Below are positions 10,670-20,876 of a DNA stretch of 64,000 nucleotides, piece by piece. The stretch spans positions 288,001-352,000 of the forward strand of contig CAVTJJ010000006.1 in the NCBI GenBank assembly GCA_963735035.1, in the 5' to 3' direction. How positions within the stretch are numbered: the stretch's first letter is position 1; each line of letters begins with the position of its first letter. The DNA comes from an uncultured candidate division Zixibacteria bacterium (lineage in GTDB: Bacteria; Zixibacteria; MSB-5A5; GN15; FEB-12). The position numbers and the translations under genes were made by a program. Below the pieces are notes generated by a model. That model was not told the DNA's origin. It searched no databases and saw nothing but the letters and a program-made list of their open reading frames with translations.

Positions 10670-10977
10670 GTAGGTCGAAACCAGCCCGCTTCGGGCGGTT
10701 TCGACAGGGGAAGTTCGCCAACCGGCAGATGTGGACATCTGCCGGGCACGTTTAAGGCCGGGCACTTGAGATGTGCCGTCGGGCGTCTCTGCCCGACGGT
10801 TTTGATTTAAGGGCAGCTGACAGGTCTTTGTTCTTTCGTAGGGCAGAATCCTCCGCCGCCTCGGCGGAGTGATTCTGCCGCTATATATGAGCCTGGTGGC
10901 AGAACCGCCCGCCCAAGGGTCGGGGGTTCTGCCCTACGAAGGCCATCCCGTCAGGAGCCTAAGGGCTCCTGACCTAC
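10670..10977. repeat. Mosaic of GTAG-type REP hairpins plus family A
   Basis: GTAGGTCGAAACCAGCCCGCTTCGGGCGGTTTCGAC (near copy at 47956), family A at 10722-10750, GTAGGGCAGAA..TTCTGCC at 10838 (relatives at 41893 and 48086), GTCAGGAGCCTAAGGGCTCCTGACCTAC. Confidence 0.85.
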
Positions 10978-11132
10978 TAGATAGGCCGGGTTCTAAGATC
11001 GGCTGTCTCGGTCGATAATCTATCTCGGAGCCGGGGAGGCGATATTTTCCGATTTTTGTTGCGTCAGTTTTCGCGGGAGATACTTTGGCGCTTTCTGTTC
11101 CGGGCGCAAACTTGTCACAGGAGTTGAGAGCT

Positions 11133-12459
11133 GTGGTTAAGACTAAAGAAGATGTACTGAGACTAATCGACGAAGCCGGCGTCCGTTATATCCGGCTGTG
11201 CTTCACCGACATTCTGGGCGCACTAAAAGGGATGACCATGACCCGGTCCGAAATCGAGCAGGTGCTCGCCGAAGGACAGGGGTTCGATGGGTCATCGGTC
11301 GAAGGATTCGCGCGTATCGACGAATCCGATCTGATGGCGATTCCCGATCCGCTGACTTTCCGGATTATCCCGTGGGAGATTTCCGGCGAAAAAGTCGCCA
11401 TGCTTTTCTGCGACATTCAGAATCCCGACGGCACTCCGTATGAAGGCGACCCGCGCTGGGTGCTGAAGCGGATGCTCAGAAAAGTAGAAGAGAAGGGCTG
11501 GACATTCTATGTCGGTCCCGAAATCGAATATTTCTATTTCGCCAACTCACACGAACCGGAAGCAATAGACAACTCCGGTTATTTCGACTACGGCACCATG
11601 GACGCCGGCACGCAGATGCGCAAGAAGACGGTCGCGGCGCTCGAGATGATGGATGTCCCGGTCGAATGCGCCCACCACGAAGTAGCCCCGTCGCAGCACG
11701 AAATCGACCTGAAATATCAGGAAGCGCTCGTGATGGCCGACTTCGCCCAGGTCTATCGGTTCATCGTCAAGGAAGTCGCCATGGAGAACGATTACTATGC
11801 GACCTTCATGCCGAAACCGATGTTCGGGCAGAATGGCTCCGGGATGCACTGCCACATGTCGCTGTTCAAAGGGAAGAAGAACTTGTTCTTTGACCAGGCC
11901 TCCGAGTACAATCTTTCCAATACGGCCAGGCAGTTCACTGAGGGTATCCTGACCCACATTCCGGAGATCACGCTGGTGACGAACCAGTGGGTCAATTCGT
12001 ACAAGCGGCTCGTCGAAGGTTACGAAGCTCCCTGCTACATTAGCTGGGGCCGTCGCAACCGCTCGTCGACTGGTGCGTGTTCCCGGATATCGTCAGGGCA
12101 AGGAAGCGGCCACCAGAATCGAACTGCGTTCGCCCGATCCGGGCGCGAATCCGTATCTGACTTTCGCCTGTGCTCTGGCCGCCGGGCTCAAGGGAGTCGA
12201 AGGCAAGTACAAGCTTCGCGCGCCGATTGAAGGGAATATCTTCGGCATGAACGAAGAGGAAAAGGCCAAGCTTGGTATCAAGCACCTGCCGAATTCGCTC
12301 GAGAATGCCATCCGGACTGGCATGAAGTCGGAACTGCTCAAAGAAACGCTCGGCGAGCATGTCTTCAGCAAGCTGATCGAGAACAAGTGGATCGAGTGGG
12401 ACAACTACCGGATCCACGTGAGCAAGTACGAGGTCGACAAGTACCTTCCCTGGCTCTAG
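11133..12459 (+). CDS. glnA: Glutamine synthetase type I, split by one extra base at about 12069
   Basis: FDGSSVEGFARIDESD, GPEIEYF, HHEVAPSQHEID, TFMPKP..NGSGMHCH, NSYKRLV.GYEAP; +1 frame LVRVP..RIELRSPDPGANPYL. GTG start at 11133 after AGGAG. Confidence 0.9.
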
Positions 12460-12487
12460 GCTGCTGAAAGTTTGCGTTGGAACATAC

Positions 12488-12517
12488 AAAGGAGCCCTCG
12501 AACGAGGGCTCCTTTTT
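12488..12517. terminator. Intrinsic terminator after glnA, possibly bidirectional
   Basis: AAA-GGAGCCCTCG-AA-CGAGGGCTCC-TTTTT. Confidence 0.8.
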
Positions 12518-12542
12518 GTTGGAGTGACGGCACAACTGGTGC

Positions 12543-12776
12543 GTGGTGGACGTCCTCGTCCACCACGAGCCTGCTAAGTCATGCTGAGCCTGTCGAAGCA
12601 TGAAGCATGATGACCATGGGACCCAAGGGTTGTCTGGCCGTTATCTGATGGGTGCCCCGCCTGAAGCGGGGCAAGACAGATTAGATATCCGGTATGACCT
12701 GATTCCAAGTAGAAACCCGGCAGATGTGGGCATCTGCCGGGCACTTGTGTTTACCCTACGACAAGCTCAGGGTGAC
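12543..12776. repeat. REP-like cluster between convergent glnA and degP
   Basis: GTGGTGGACGTCCTCGTCCACCAC; the inverted pair GTCATGCTGAGCCTGTCGAAGCA / ACCCTACGACAAGCTCAGGGTGAC enclosing family G (GGGTGCCCCGCCTGAAGCGGGGCAAGAC) and family A (12717-12744). Confidence 0.8.
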
Positions 12777-14248
12777 TATTCTATCGAAAACGCGATGTAG
12801 AACCCGCCGCCGTTGCGGTATACGCGCAACAGCACGGTATCACCCGCGGCCAATCCCTTGACGGCGTCGTAGAACTCGGTCTCGTTTTCGACCGCCTTGC
12901 GCGATACCGTCTGAATCAGGTCGCCTTCGCGCAACCCCGCCTGCGCCGCGGCGCTCTGCGGTTCGAGCGATGTCACCACCACGCCTGTTAGACGAGTGTC
13001 GATTTCATACTGCCGCGCCAGCGTGGGGCTCATATTGGTGACCGCGAACCCGAGCCGCTTGCCGACTTCACCCGCGCCTTCCGGTTTGGCGCCGTCGGAT
13101 TTCAATTCGCCGAGAGTAACATCGATGTTGAGACGATTTTCGCCCCGGAGAATGCCGAGCGAAACTTTCGTATTCGGTTTGGTGCCGGCAATACGATTGC
13201 GCAACTGGCTCGAGCTCTGAATCGGCTGTCCGTCGAGGGAGACAATCAAGTCACCGGCCTGGATACCGGCCTTATCCGACGGGCTCCCGGATTCGACCTG
13301 GCCCACCAGTGCGCCGTCATTTTGATTGATGCCAAACCCCTTGGAGAGATTGGGGGTGAGGTCCTGAATCGACACACCCAGGTAGCCGCGAATCATACGT
13401 CCGTTGGCAATGAGGGACTGCATGACATCTACGGCCATGTTCGACGGAATCGCGAACCCGATGCCTTCGAACCCGCCGGTTCGGCTGGCGATGGCCGAGT
13501 TGATCCCGACCAGCTTGCCGTCAAGGTTGACCAGTGGCCCGCCCGAATTGCCGGGGTTGATGGCGGCGTCGGTCTGAATGAAATCTTCATAGTCGGTCAG
13601 TCCCACGTTCGACCGCCCTTTGGCGCTGACGATCCCCTGGGTCACCGTGTACGCCAGGTTTTCGCTCATGGGGCTGCCGATAGCGAGCACCATCTCGCCG
13701 ACCTGCAGCGAATCCGAGTTGCCGATCTCGACATACGGCAGGTTGTCGGCCTTGATCTGAAGCACCGCAATATCGGTCTTCGGGTCGGCGCCTATCAACT
13801 TGGCGGTGTAGCGCTCGCCGGTGAAGGTGCGGACCGTGATGCTGTCGACATTGTCAATAACGTGGTTGTTGGTCAGGATACGACCGTCGGCGGAGACAAT
13901 TACGCCCGAGCCCAGTCCCTGCTGGCGGTATTCCTGCGGAATTTGCGGATGCTGTTGTTGCGGACCGAAAAAGAAGCTGAACGGATCGCCCCCGAACGGG
14001 TTCATGCCCTGGCCGGACATGGTCTTTTCGGTGGACACGGTAACCACTGCCGGCTTGATCTCGGCGGCTATATCGACAAAGGCCCGGTTCAAGTCGCGCA
14101 GGGACGTTATTTGTCGTTCCTGGGCGGAAGGCAGTTGGATGTGCTTTTCGGCGGCTACGGAACCGAATTGGAAGCCGAGCACGGCGGCTATGGCGGTCAA
14201 CCCTACCACGAGGGTCAGCCTGACGGTTTTAGAAGTGTTGCTCCTCAT
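12776..14248 (-). CDS. degP: DegP/DegQ (HtrA) periplasmic serine protease with two PDZ domains
   Basis: GLGSGVI, LTNNHV, DIAVL, IQTDAAINPGNSGGPL; start ATG 14248 with GGAGG SD. Confidence 0.9.
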   Translation of the reverse strand: MRSNTSKTVRLTLVVGLTAIAAVLGFQFGSVAAEKHIQLPSAQERQITSLRDLNRAFVDIAAEIKPAVVTVSTEKTMSGQGMNPFGGDPFSFFFGPQQQHPQIPQEYRQQGLGSGVIVSADGRILTNNHVIDNVDSITVRTFTGERYTAKLIGADPKTDIAVLQIKADNLPYVEIGNSDSLQVGEMVLAIGSPMSENLAYTVTQGIVSAKGRSNVGLTDYEDFIQTDAAINPGNSGGPLVNLDGKLVGINSAIASRTGGFEGIGFAIPSNMAVDVMQSLIANGRMIRGYLGVSIQDLTPNLSKGFGINQNDGALVGQVESGSPSDKAGIQAGDLIVSLDGQPIQSSSQLRNRIAGTKPNTKVSLGILRGENRLNIDVTLGELKSDGAKPEGAGEVGKRLGFAVTNMSPTLARQYEIDTRLTGVVVTSLEPQSAAAQAGLREGDLIQTVSRKAVENETEFYDAVKGLAAGDTVLLRVYRNGGGFYIAFSIE

Positions 14249-14472
14249 AACATAGACCTCCATTTCTTCATATAAGTACAACGGCCGGGCGAAAGGGTTC
14301 CCCGGCAGGTCCATAATAAGAGTTAAACATTTGCGGCCGGAGGAGGGTATAAGTGTATACATTGTTGGACATCTGAACCAGTACATTCAAGGGTGGAGTA
14401 TGCTTGTCGGCCCGTATCATCGTGGGCTATATTCAGACTACTAACTTGTAGCTATCAGAAATGGAATAGCCC

Positions 14473-15265
14473 ATGCCTTACACCGATCTCAATGATATCC
14501 GCCTCTACTATGATGGTGCCGGCGAGGGAGAGCCCCTCGTATTCCTTCACGGTTTCACCCTCGACCGTCGCATGTGGCAACCCCAGGTCGAATTCTTTCG
14601 CGACCTTTATCATGTCATCGTCCCCGACGCTCGTGGGCACGGCCTTTCGGACGCCCCTCTGTCCGGCTACTCCCGCGCCGACCGGGTAATCGACCTGGCC
14701 GGACTGGTCGATAATCTCAGAACTAGAGTCGTTTCATTTGGTCGGCCTGTCGATGGGCGGCGCGACCGCTCTCGGCTACGCGCTGGCGCATCAGGAGCGG
14801 CTGAAATCGCTCACGCTGGTGTCGACCGGGGCGGCGGGGTACAGTATCGGGAAGAAGATTTCGTATCTCGATCAGGTCGCCCGCGACGAGGGACCGGCCG
14901 TGGCGCTCGAAAAGTGGAAGACCTGGAGTCTGTCGTTCTACAAAGAGGACCGGCGCGAATTGAAGGAGTTGCTCGATAAGATGATGTCCGCCTATTCCGC
15001 CGCCGGCTGGCGCGACCCGATGCGGGGGAAGTACCCGCGCGAGGACGATCTCAGCCGCGTAGCCGGGATCAAAGTCCCGACAGCGATTTTCGCCGGGGCG
15101 CTGGACAGGGTTTTCGTGACGCTGGCCGGGCAACTTCATGAGCGAATCGCCGGGAGCCAGTTGACGATCTATCCGGGAGCAGGGCATATGCTCAATTTGG
15201 AAGAGCCAAACAGGTTCAACGCCGACCTTAAAGTGTTTCTTGAAGGAGCTGCCGGGGGTAAATGA
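14473..15265 (+). CDS. Alpha/beta hydrolase, split by one extra base at about 14721
   Basis: FLHGF and DARGHGLS; +1 frame HLVGLSMGG (nucleophile elbow), GALD, AGHMLNLEEP. Confidence 0.85.
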
Positions 15266-15834
15266 ACTATTTCGAAGTCAAAGACCGGCTCGAAAGTCTG
15301 GTGCGGTTCCGGGCACTCTATGCCGAGTTCATCGGGTTCACGAACCGAACCGACAATCTCCCGGCTTTGATGATTCGTCAGAAGATGGAGCCGCTCGCTC
15401 CGATGACGGTCGAGTCGCTTCGCCAGGTGGGATTGGGGGGGATGGTCACCCGCGACGCCCCAGTGCACGGCGGACGAAAAGTCCGGATCAATCTGATAAA
15501 AGTGATCTTCCGCGACGCGATTATTCGCCGCTATTCAGTGACCGATCAGGAGCCGCTCGAACTTCTGGACATGGGAATTCTGGCCTATCAGAAACGGCTC
15601 TGGATCGAAAAGCTCCAACTGTTCAACCCGCTCTTCTGGGTCTATCAGATAGTGCTCTGGCTGGCACGGCTCCCGGTGACGGTTTGTCGTGCGGCGGGGT
15701 ATGACACGTCGAAGGTGGAGCAGTCGGCGGCGCTTAAGCTGTATCTCCTACTCTTTCAGGTCGGATTCTACGTTCTGATCGCCCGCGCGGTCGGATTATT
15801 CTCCTGGTTCCGGGCCGATATCATCGCGCTTTAG
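15262..15834 (+). CDS. Hypothetical membrane protein
   Basis: ATGA overlap with the upstream gene; 190 aa with two C-terminal hydrophobic segments. Confidence 0.65.
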   Translation: MNYFEVKDRLESLVRFRALYAEFIGFTNRTDNLPALMIRQKMEPLAPMTVESLRQVGLGGMVTRDAPVHGGRKVRINLIKVIFRDAIIRRYSVTDQEPLELLDMGILAYQKRLWIEKLQLFNPLFWVYQIVLWLARLPVTVCRAAGYDTSKVEQSAALKLYLLLFQVGFYVLIARAVGLFSWFRADIIAL

Positions 15835-15892
15835 GTTCAACTTCACTTTCAATGCCAATGCTTAACGTCTTGACTGACAGGGTCATGGGGCT

Positions 15893-16354
15893 GTTGCGTC
15901 AGGTCCTGTTCGTTGCCCGCTGGAAGCGGGTCAACGAATGTGACCTGACGCCTGTGCCCGCGTCGGAGTCGGGCGTCAGGTCACACCCCGCCCAAGGGGC
16001 GTGGCAGGACCTGACGCAACCATCCAGAGTCTTGTAGGGTGGGTTCGCTTCACACCTGCCTGCTGGGGTGGGAACCGGCAGTGAACCGGCAGATGTGGAC
16101 ATCTGCCGGGCACGTGATCGGGCGACCGGCCCTTCATCGTTGCGTCCTGGCCTGCCCGCCGAAGTCTTGTAGGGCGGGTCCGCTTCGAACCCGCCGTCAT
16201 CAGGCTTAGGAGTCGGGCGTCAGGTCACACCCCGCCCAAGGGGCGTGGCAGGACCTGACGCAACGGTGGGTACAGACGGATTTGTCATCGTCGGGTTACG
16301 TCAGGTCCTGCCCGGTCGACCGGCAAAGCCGGGCGGCCGAGTGTGACCTGACGC
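15893..16354. repeat. Family E hairpin cluster with an exact 56-bp duplication
   Basis: GCGTCAGGTC..GACCTGACGC units in alternating orientation; 15965-16020 is identical to 16209-16264; family A at 16086-16114; GTAGGGYGGGT..ACCYGCC units. Confidence 0.85.
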
Positions 16355-16463
16355 CTTTACACCACAAAAGCCATTTGCGTCGGCTACCATTCTCACCATA
16401 TTTGGAGCCTTGGTGAAGCGAATCGGGGTGGGATTACCCACCCGACTGTAACAGGCAAGGACA

Positions 16464-17078
16464 ATGACCGGCTCGAAAGCACGATTGGCAGTATTTATCT
16501 CCGGCGGCGGCACCGGACTTCAAGCCATCATGGACGCCTCCAAACGAGGTGACCTTGAGGCGCAGGTTGTCTGGGTCGTGTCCAGTTCGTCCAAGGCGTT
16601 CGGACTGGAACGGGCCACCAAAGAGAATGTCGAAACGTTCGTCTTTCGCGCTGCCAAGTACGCATCGCCAGAGGATGCGACGGATGACCTTATCGCGAAA
16701 TTGCGCGATCGTCGAATCGATTACATCGCCCTCGCCGGATATCTGAAGTTGCTTCCGGTGGAACTGGTTCGTGCCTTTCCCAAGCGGATCTTGAACATAC
16801 ACCCCGGCCTGTTGCCGAAATACGGCGGCTCCGGGATGTATGGGCATTTCGTACATGAAGCAGTGCTCGCCTCGGGCGACAAAGTGAGCGGTCCCACGGT
16901 GCATCTCGTTGACGAGATCTATGACCATGGGAAGATTCTCGAACAGGCCAGAGTGCCGGTGTTGCCGGGCGATACTCCGGAATCCCTCGCCGCCCGCGTA
17001 TTGATTGAAGAACATAAGCTCTATCCGAAGGTGATAGACAATCTCATAAAAGGAAAGTACCGTCTTGACCATGACTGA
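16464..17078 (+). CDS. purN: Phosphoribosylglycinamide formyltransferase
   Basis: ISGGGTGLQAI, LAGYLKLL, LNIHPGLLPKYGG, SGPTVHLVDEIYDHG. Confidence 0.95.
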   Translation: MTGSKARLAVFISGGGTGLQAIMDASKRGDLEAQVVWVVSSSSKAFGLERATKENVETFVFRAAKYASPEDATDDLIAKLRDRRIDYIALAGYLKLLPVELVRAFPKRILNIHPGLLPKYGGSGMYGHFVHEAVLASGDKVSGPTVHLVDEIYDHGKILEQARVPVLPGDTPESLAARVLIEEHKLYPKVIDNLIKGKYRLDHD

Positions 17079-17971
17079 AATTGTACAGACCACGGATATC
17101 AAAGAGTATCCGCTTCTCCGCCGGGGCAAAGTCCGGGACATCTACGATCTCGGCGATACGCTCTTGTTCATTGCCTCGGATCGTATCTCGGCGTTCGACG
17201 TCGTCATGCCCAACGGCATTCCGGGCAAGGGACGAGTACTGACGCAGACGTCGCTCTTCTGGTTCGACTTCCTGAAGGGTATAGTCGACAATCATCTCCT
17301 GACCGCGAATGTCGATGAGTATCCCGCCCCACTGCGCAAGTATCGCAACGTCCTTGAAGGCCGTTCCATGATAGTCACCAAGGCGGAGCGCATTGACATC
17401 GAATGTATCGTGCGTGGATATATCTCCGGCTCCATGTGGAAAGAGCTGCAGGCGGCCCGCAAGCAGGGATCGAACACGGTTCACGGATTCGAATTTCCGG
17501 CGAATCTTCAGGAATCCGACAAGCTGCCGACGCCGTTGTTTACGCCGTCGTCGAAGAACGATGACGGTCACGACGAGAATATCAGTTTCGATGCCATGGT
17601 CAAGCTAGTCGGACAGAAGACGGCCGAGCTGTGTCGCGACAAATCGCTGGCAGTTTACCAGGCGGCGGCCGATTACGCTCGTACTCGTGGGAATAATCAT
17701 CGCCGACACCAAGTTCGAGTTTGGCTACAAAGACGGAAGGTTCATCCTGATCGATGAGGTTCTCTCGCCTGATTCGAGTCGGTTCTGGCCGGTGGACAAA
17801 TATCGACCGGGGCGTTCGCAGCCGTCGTTCGATAAACAGCCGATTCGTGACTATCTCGATGGTCTCGACTGGGATAAGAAGCCGCCCGCGCCGAGACTGC
17901 CCGACGAAATAATCGCCGCCTCGGCCGCACGCTATCGTGAAGCTCAAGTATTGCTGACAGGAAGGGTTTGA
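17071..17971 (+). CDS. purC: SAICAR synthase, split by one extra base at about 17690
   Basis: [28 protein letters not shown]; +1 frame [29 protein letters not shown]. Confidence 0.9.
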
Positions 17972-17972
17972 A

Positions 17973-19544
17973 ATGTCTGATCTCGCTAAGATAAAACGGG
18001 CGCTGATTTCGGTGTCCGACAAGAAGGGTCTCGTGGAATTGGCCGCCGAGCTGGACCGGCTGGATATTGAAATCGTCTCCACGGGCGGTACTCTGAAGCA
18101 ATTACGCGATGCCGGCGTGCATGCGGTCTCGATTACGTCGTTTACCGGCAGCCCGGAAGTAATGGACGGTCGGGTGAAGACGCTGCATCCGAAAGTCCAC
18201 GGTGCGCTCTTGTTCCGTCGTGACAATCCGAAAGATGTCGAGGAACTCGATCAGCTCGACTCCAAACCTATCGATCTGGTGATCGTGAATCTTTATCCGT
18301 TCCGCCAGACGGTGGCCCGTCCGGATGCTCAGGACCAGGAGATTATCGAAAATATCGATATCGGTGGGCCCTCGATGTTGCGTTCGGCGGCGAAGAATCA
18401 TGCCGACGTCACTGTGATTGTCGATCCCTCTGACTACGCGACTTTGATCGATGAACTTCGCGCCCACGACGGTGCCACGACGTTCGAGTTCCGTCGTCGC
18501 TGTGCCGGCAAAGTGTTTACGCTTACGGCCGAATATGAGACTGCTATAGCGTCGTATTTCCTTCATGGCAAGCCGGCTCAAAGCGAGATGTTCCCGCCCG
18601 ACATGAACCTGCGTTATCGCCGGGCTTCCGGTTTGCGTTACGGTGAAAATCCACATCAAGAGGCGGCTCTATATACCGATCCCGGCTTCCAGTATCCGTC
18701 ACTTTTGAAAGCTCAGGTCTTGTCCGGCAAAGAACTCTCATACAATAACTATGGCGACCTGGATGCCTGCCTGGACCTGCTGCTCGAATTCGACGAGCCG
18801 TTTGCCTGCATTCTGAAGCATGCCAATCCGTGCGGGGCGGCAATAGGGAAGACCCTGGCCGATGCTTACAAGAAGGCGTATGACAGCGATCCGCTTTCGG
18901 CGTTCGGCTCGATCATAGGCGTCAATTGCGAAATTGACAAAGACGCTGCGGATTTGATTCACGAAACAGAATTTGTTGAGTGTATCCTCGCCCCCGGATT
19001 CGCCGAGGGAGTGCTGGATCGGCTGAAGAAGAAGAAGACGCGCCGGATACTTCTGCTGCCAGAACTTATCGGCAGGCGCGGAAGCGACGAGAAGGTCTAC
19101 AAACATATTCGTGGCGGGCTTCTGGTCCAGTCGGCTGACAATCATGTTCTCGATCCCAAGGAATTGAAGGTCGCGACGAAACGGGCTCCGACACCGAAAG
19201 AGCTGACTGATCTTTTGTTCGCTTGGAAGATTGTCAAACACACAAAGTCTAATGCCATTGTACTTGCCAGAGACGGCGGCACGGTTGGTATCGGTATGGG
19301 GCAGACCTCGCGGGTAGATTCCGGTTTCTTGGCGGTCAAGCGGGCCGGGGCCCGTGCAGCAGGAGCGGTGATGGCGTCCGATGCGTTCTTCCCGATGCCC
19401 GACGGCGTCGAAGTCGCTACCAACGCCGGTGTGACTGCGATCATTCAGCCGGGTGGTTCGAAGGGCGACGACGAAGCTATCGCTGCGGCTGACAAAGCGG
19501 GTGCCGCTATGGTGATGACCGGCGTGCGGCATTTCAAGCACTGA
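17973..19544 (+). CDS. purH: Bifunctional AICAR transformylase / IMP cyclohydrolase
   Basis: RALISVSDK, GRVKTLHP, ENIDIGGP, LRYGENPHQ, KHANPCG, SDAFFP, RHFKH. Confidence 0.96.
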   Translation: MSDLAKIKRALISVSDKKGLVELAAELDRLDIEIVSTGGTLKQLRDAGVHAVSITSFTGSPEVMDGRVKTLHPKVHGALLFRRDNPKDVEELDQLDSKPIDLVIVNLYPFRQTVARPDAQDQEIIENIDIGGPSMLRSAAKNHADVTVIVDPSDYATLIDELRAHDGATTFEFRRRCAGKVFTLTAEYETAIASYFLHGKPAQSEMFPPDMNLRYRRASGLRYGENPHQEAALYTDPGFQYPSLLKAQVLSGKELSYNNYGDLDACLDLLLEFDEPFACILKHANPCGAAIGKTLADAYKKAYDSDPLSAFGSIIGVNCEIDKDAADLIHETEFVECILAPGFAEGVLDRLKKKKTRRILLLPELIGRRGSDEKVYKHIRGGLLVQSADNHVLDPKELKVATKRAPTPKELTDLLFAWKIVKHTKSNAIVLARDGGTVGIGMGQTSRVDSGFLAVKRAGARAAGAVMASDAFFPMPDGVEVATNAGVTAIIQPGGSKGDDEAIAAADKAGAAMVMTGVRHFKH

Positions 19545-19567
19545 CGTTCCGACTCGGGGCCTTAGTG

Positions 19568-19750
19568 GTTGTGGCAGGTCCTGCGACCCGCACCTGCGGG
19601 ACGTGTGACCTGCCACTATTGTCATCGATAGGCCGCCCCGCCAGCTACCGTCATCGCGAGGCCCGCTACGGCGCTACCGTCATCGCGAGGCCGCCTTTTG
19701 GCGGCCGTGGCGATCTCATTTCCGTGGGCGGCAGACCTCCTGGTCTGCCC
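19568..19750. repeat. REP-like cluster (E variant, GTCATCGCGAG family, N family)
   Basis: GTGGCAGGTCCTGC..GTGTGACCTGCCAC; 20-nt direct repeat GCTACCGTCATCGCGAGGCC at 19644 and 19673; GGCAGACCTCCTGGTCTGCC. Confidence 0.75.
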
Positions 19751-19900
19751 CTTGGAGTGGGGAACGCGGGGCCCCTCGAACCTGATTCAAGATTATCATA
19801 GACGTGCCGAATTCTTCAAGAGGAGTATTCGTGTCCGGTGATCAGATCAAGAACGGAATCCTGGACAAGGCGCGAGTTGTATAACTGTCTGTAGGTTGCC

Positions 19901-20665
19901 ATGTCAAAGTATCTGCTGATTTCGATTCTAACGATGATACTGATTGTGGTAGCCTGTTCGGACGACAAAAAGCCCACCCAACCGACGCCTTCTCTTCCCG
20001 CCATCAGCGTCCAGGACGATACTGTGATCGAAGGTGGCACCGCTCTATTCGAGATCTCATTGAGCAAGGTGACCGATCACATAGTGACGTTTTCCTATGA
20101 AACATTGGACGGTACGGCCAAGGCCGGAACGGACTATACCGCCGCCGCCGGGAGTGATACTATCCCGATCGGTGATACTGCCGTGACTGTCCTGGTGTCC
20201 ACGATTGACGATGCCGTGTTGGAGACAGCCGAAACTTTTTCATTGCTGCTCAACGCCGTCGCCGGAGCCACCGTGGCCGATGGTATTGCGACCTGCACGA
20301 TCAACGACAATGAAACGGCTCAAGTGAGCTTTGCAACTCAGGTGCGGCCGCTGCTTCAAGGGAAGTGTGCCTGGCCCGGCCTCTGTCACGCCACTACAAG
20401 TCCGGGTGGCGAGTTGTATATCGATGCGGCCGTTACATACACCATCTTGCTTAACGCTACCGGCCTCAATACCCCTTCGCAGCCGGGCAGCCCCGACGGC
20501 AAAGTAATTCAGCCGGGAAATTCCGCGACGAGTACCCTCTATACCAAGACCACAAACAACATACCTTTCCCGTATCGTATGCCCAGAGATCCTCTGCCCT
20601 ACCTTAGCCAGGCGGAGCAGAACCTGCTACGTGATTGGATTGACCAGGGAGCCCTCGACAACTGA
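19901..20665 (+). CDS. Lipoprotein with a Calx-beta domain and a cytochrome c-like C-terminal domain
   Basis: Lipobox VVAC; DGTAKAGTDY, DDAVLETAETF and TINDNE (Calx-beta); SFATQVRPLL..CAWPGLCH..RMP..WIDQGA. Confidence 0.75.
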   Translation: MSKYLLISILTMILIVVACSDDKKPTQPTPSLPAISVQDDTVIEGGTALFEISLSKVTDHIVTFSYETLDGTAKAGTDYTAAAGSDTIPIGDTAVTVLVSTIDDAVLETAETFSLLLNAVAGATVADGIATCTINDNETAQVSFATQVRPLLQGKCAWPGLCHATTSPGGELYIDAAVTYTILLNATGLNTPSQPGSPDGKVIQPGNSATSTLYTKTTNNIPFPYRMPRDPLPYLSQAEQNLLRDWIDQGALDN

Positions 20666-20876
20666 GAAAGAGGCTGGTCGCAGCTTTCTTTTCTCGACCG
20701 GGCACAAACGTCTCGCCCCGACGTTATTCTTAGCGCCCGCAACGACTTAAAGGTATCTCCCGGTTGCTCGGCTCATCGGGATACTGCTTGCGTTGACGGC
20801 CAGCAACGGTTTCAAACTTGCATCAATCGCTTTGCTGAGGTATTATGTCCCCAGCATACGTTTGTTAGGAGAGCTC

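Noticed and set aside
15893..16354. Integron attC array
   Set aside because: There are no RYYYAAC..GTTRRRY boundaries in the right order, no cassette ORFs between units and no integrase.
16404..16463. ZTP (pfl) riboswitch upstream of purN/purH
   Set aside because: GTGG..CCAC is similar, but the GACTGRCG and CGYCTGGGC elements are missing. It is kept only as an unassigned structured leader.
15852..16513. Short ORFs within repeat clusters (also at 12600, 19565, 27385, 41877, 45387-45965, 59464 and 61703)
   Set aside because: They are translations of REP hairpins: the same peptides (ADVDICRA, DQVEGRHLPG, QGSNPA) recur at unrelated loci.
10160..17971. True pseudogenes or programmed +1 frameshifting in dCMP deaminase, glnA, the hydrolase and purC
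   Set aside because: Each has a single lesion in an intact gene, with no shared slippery context. Assembly error is simpler.
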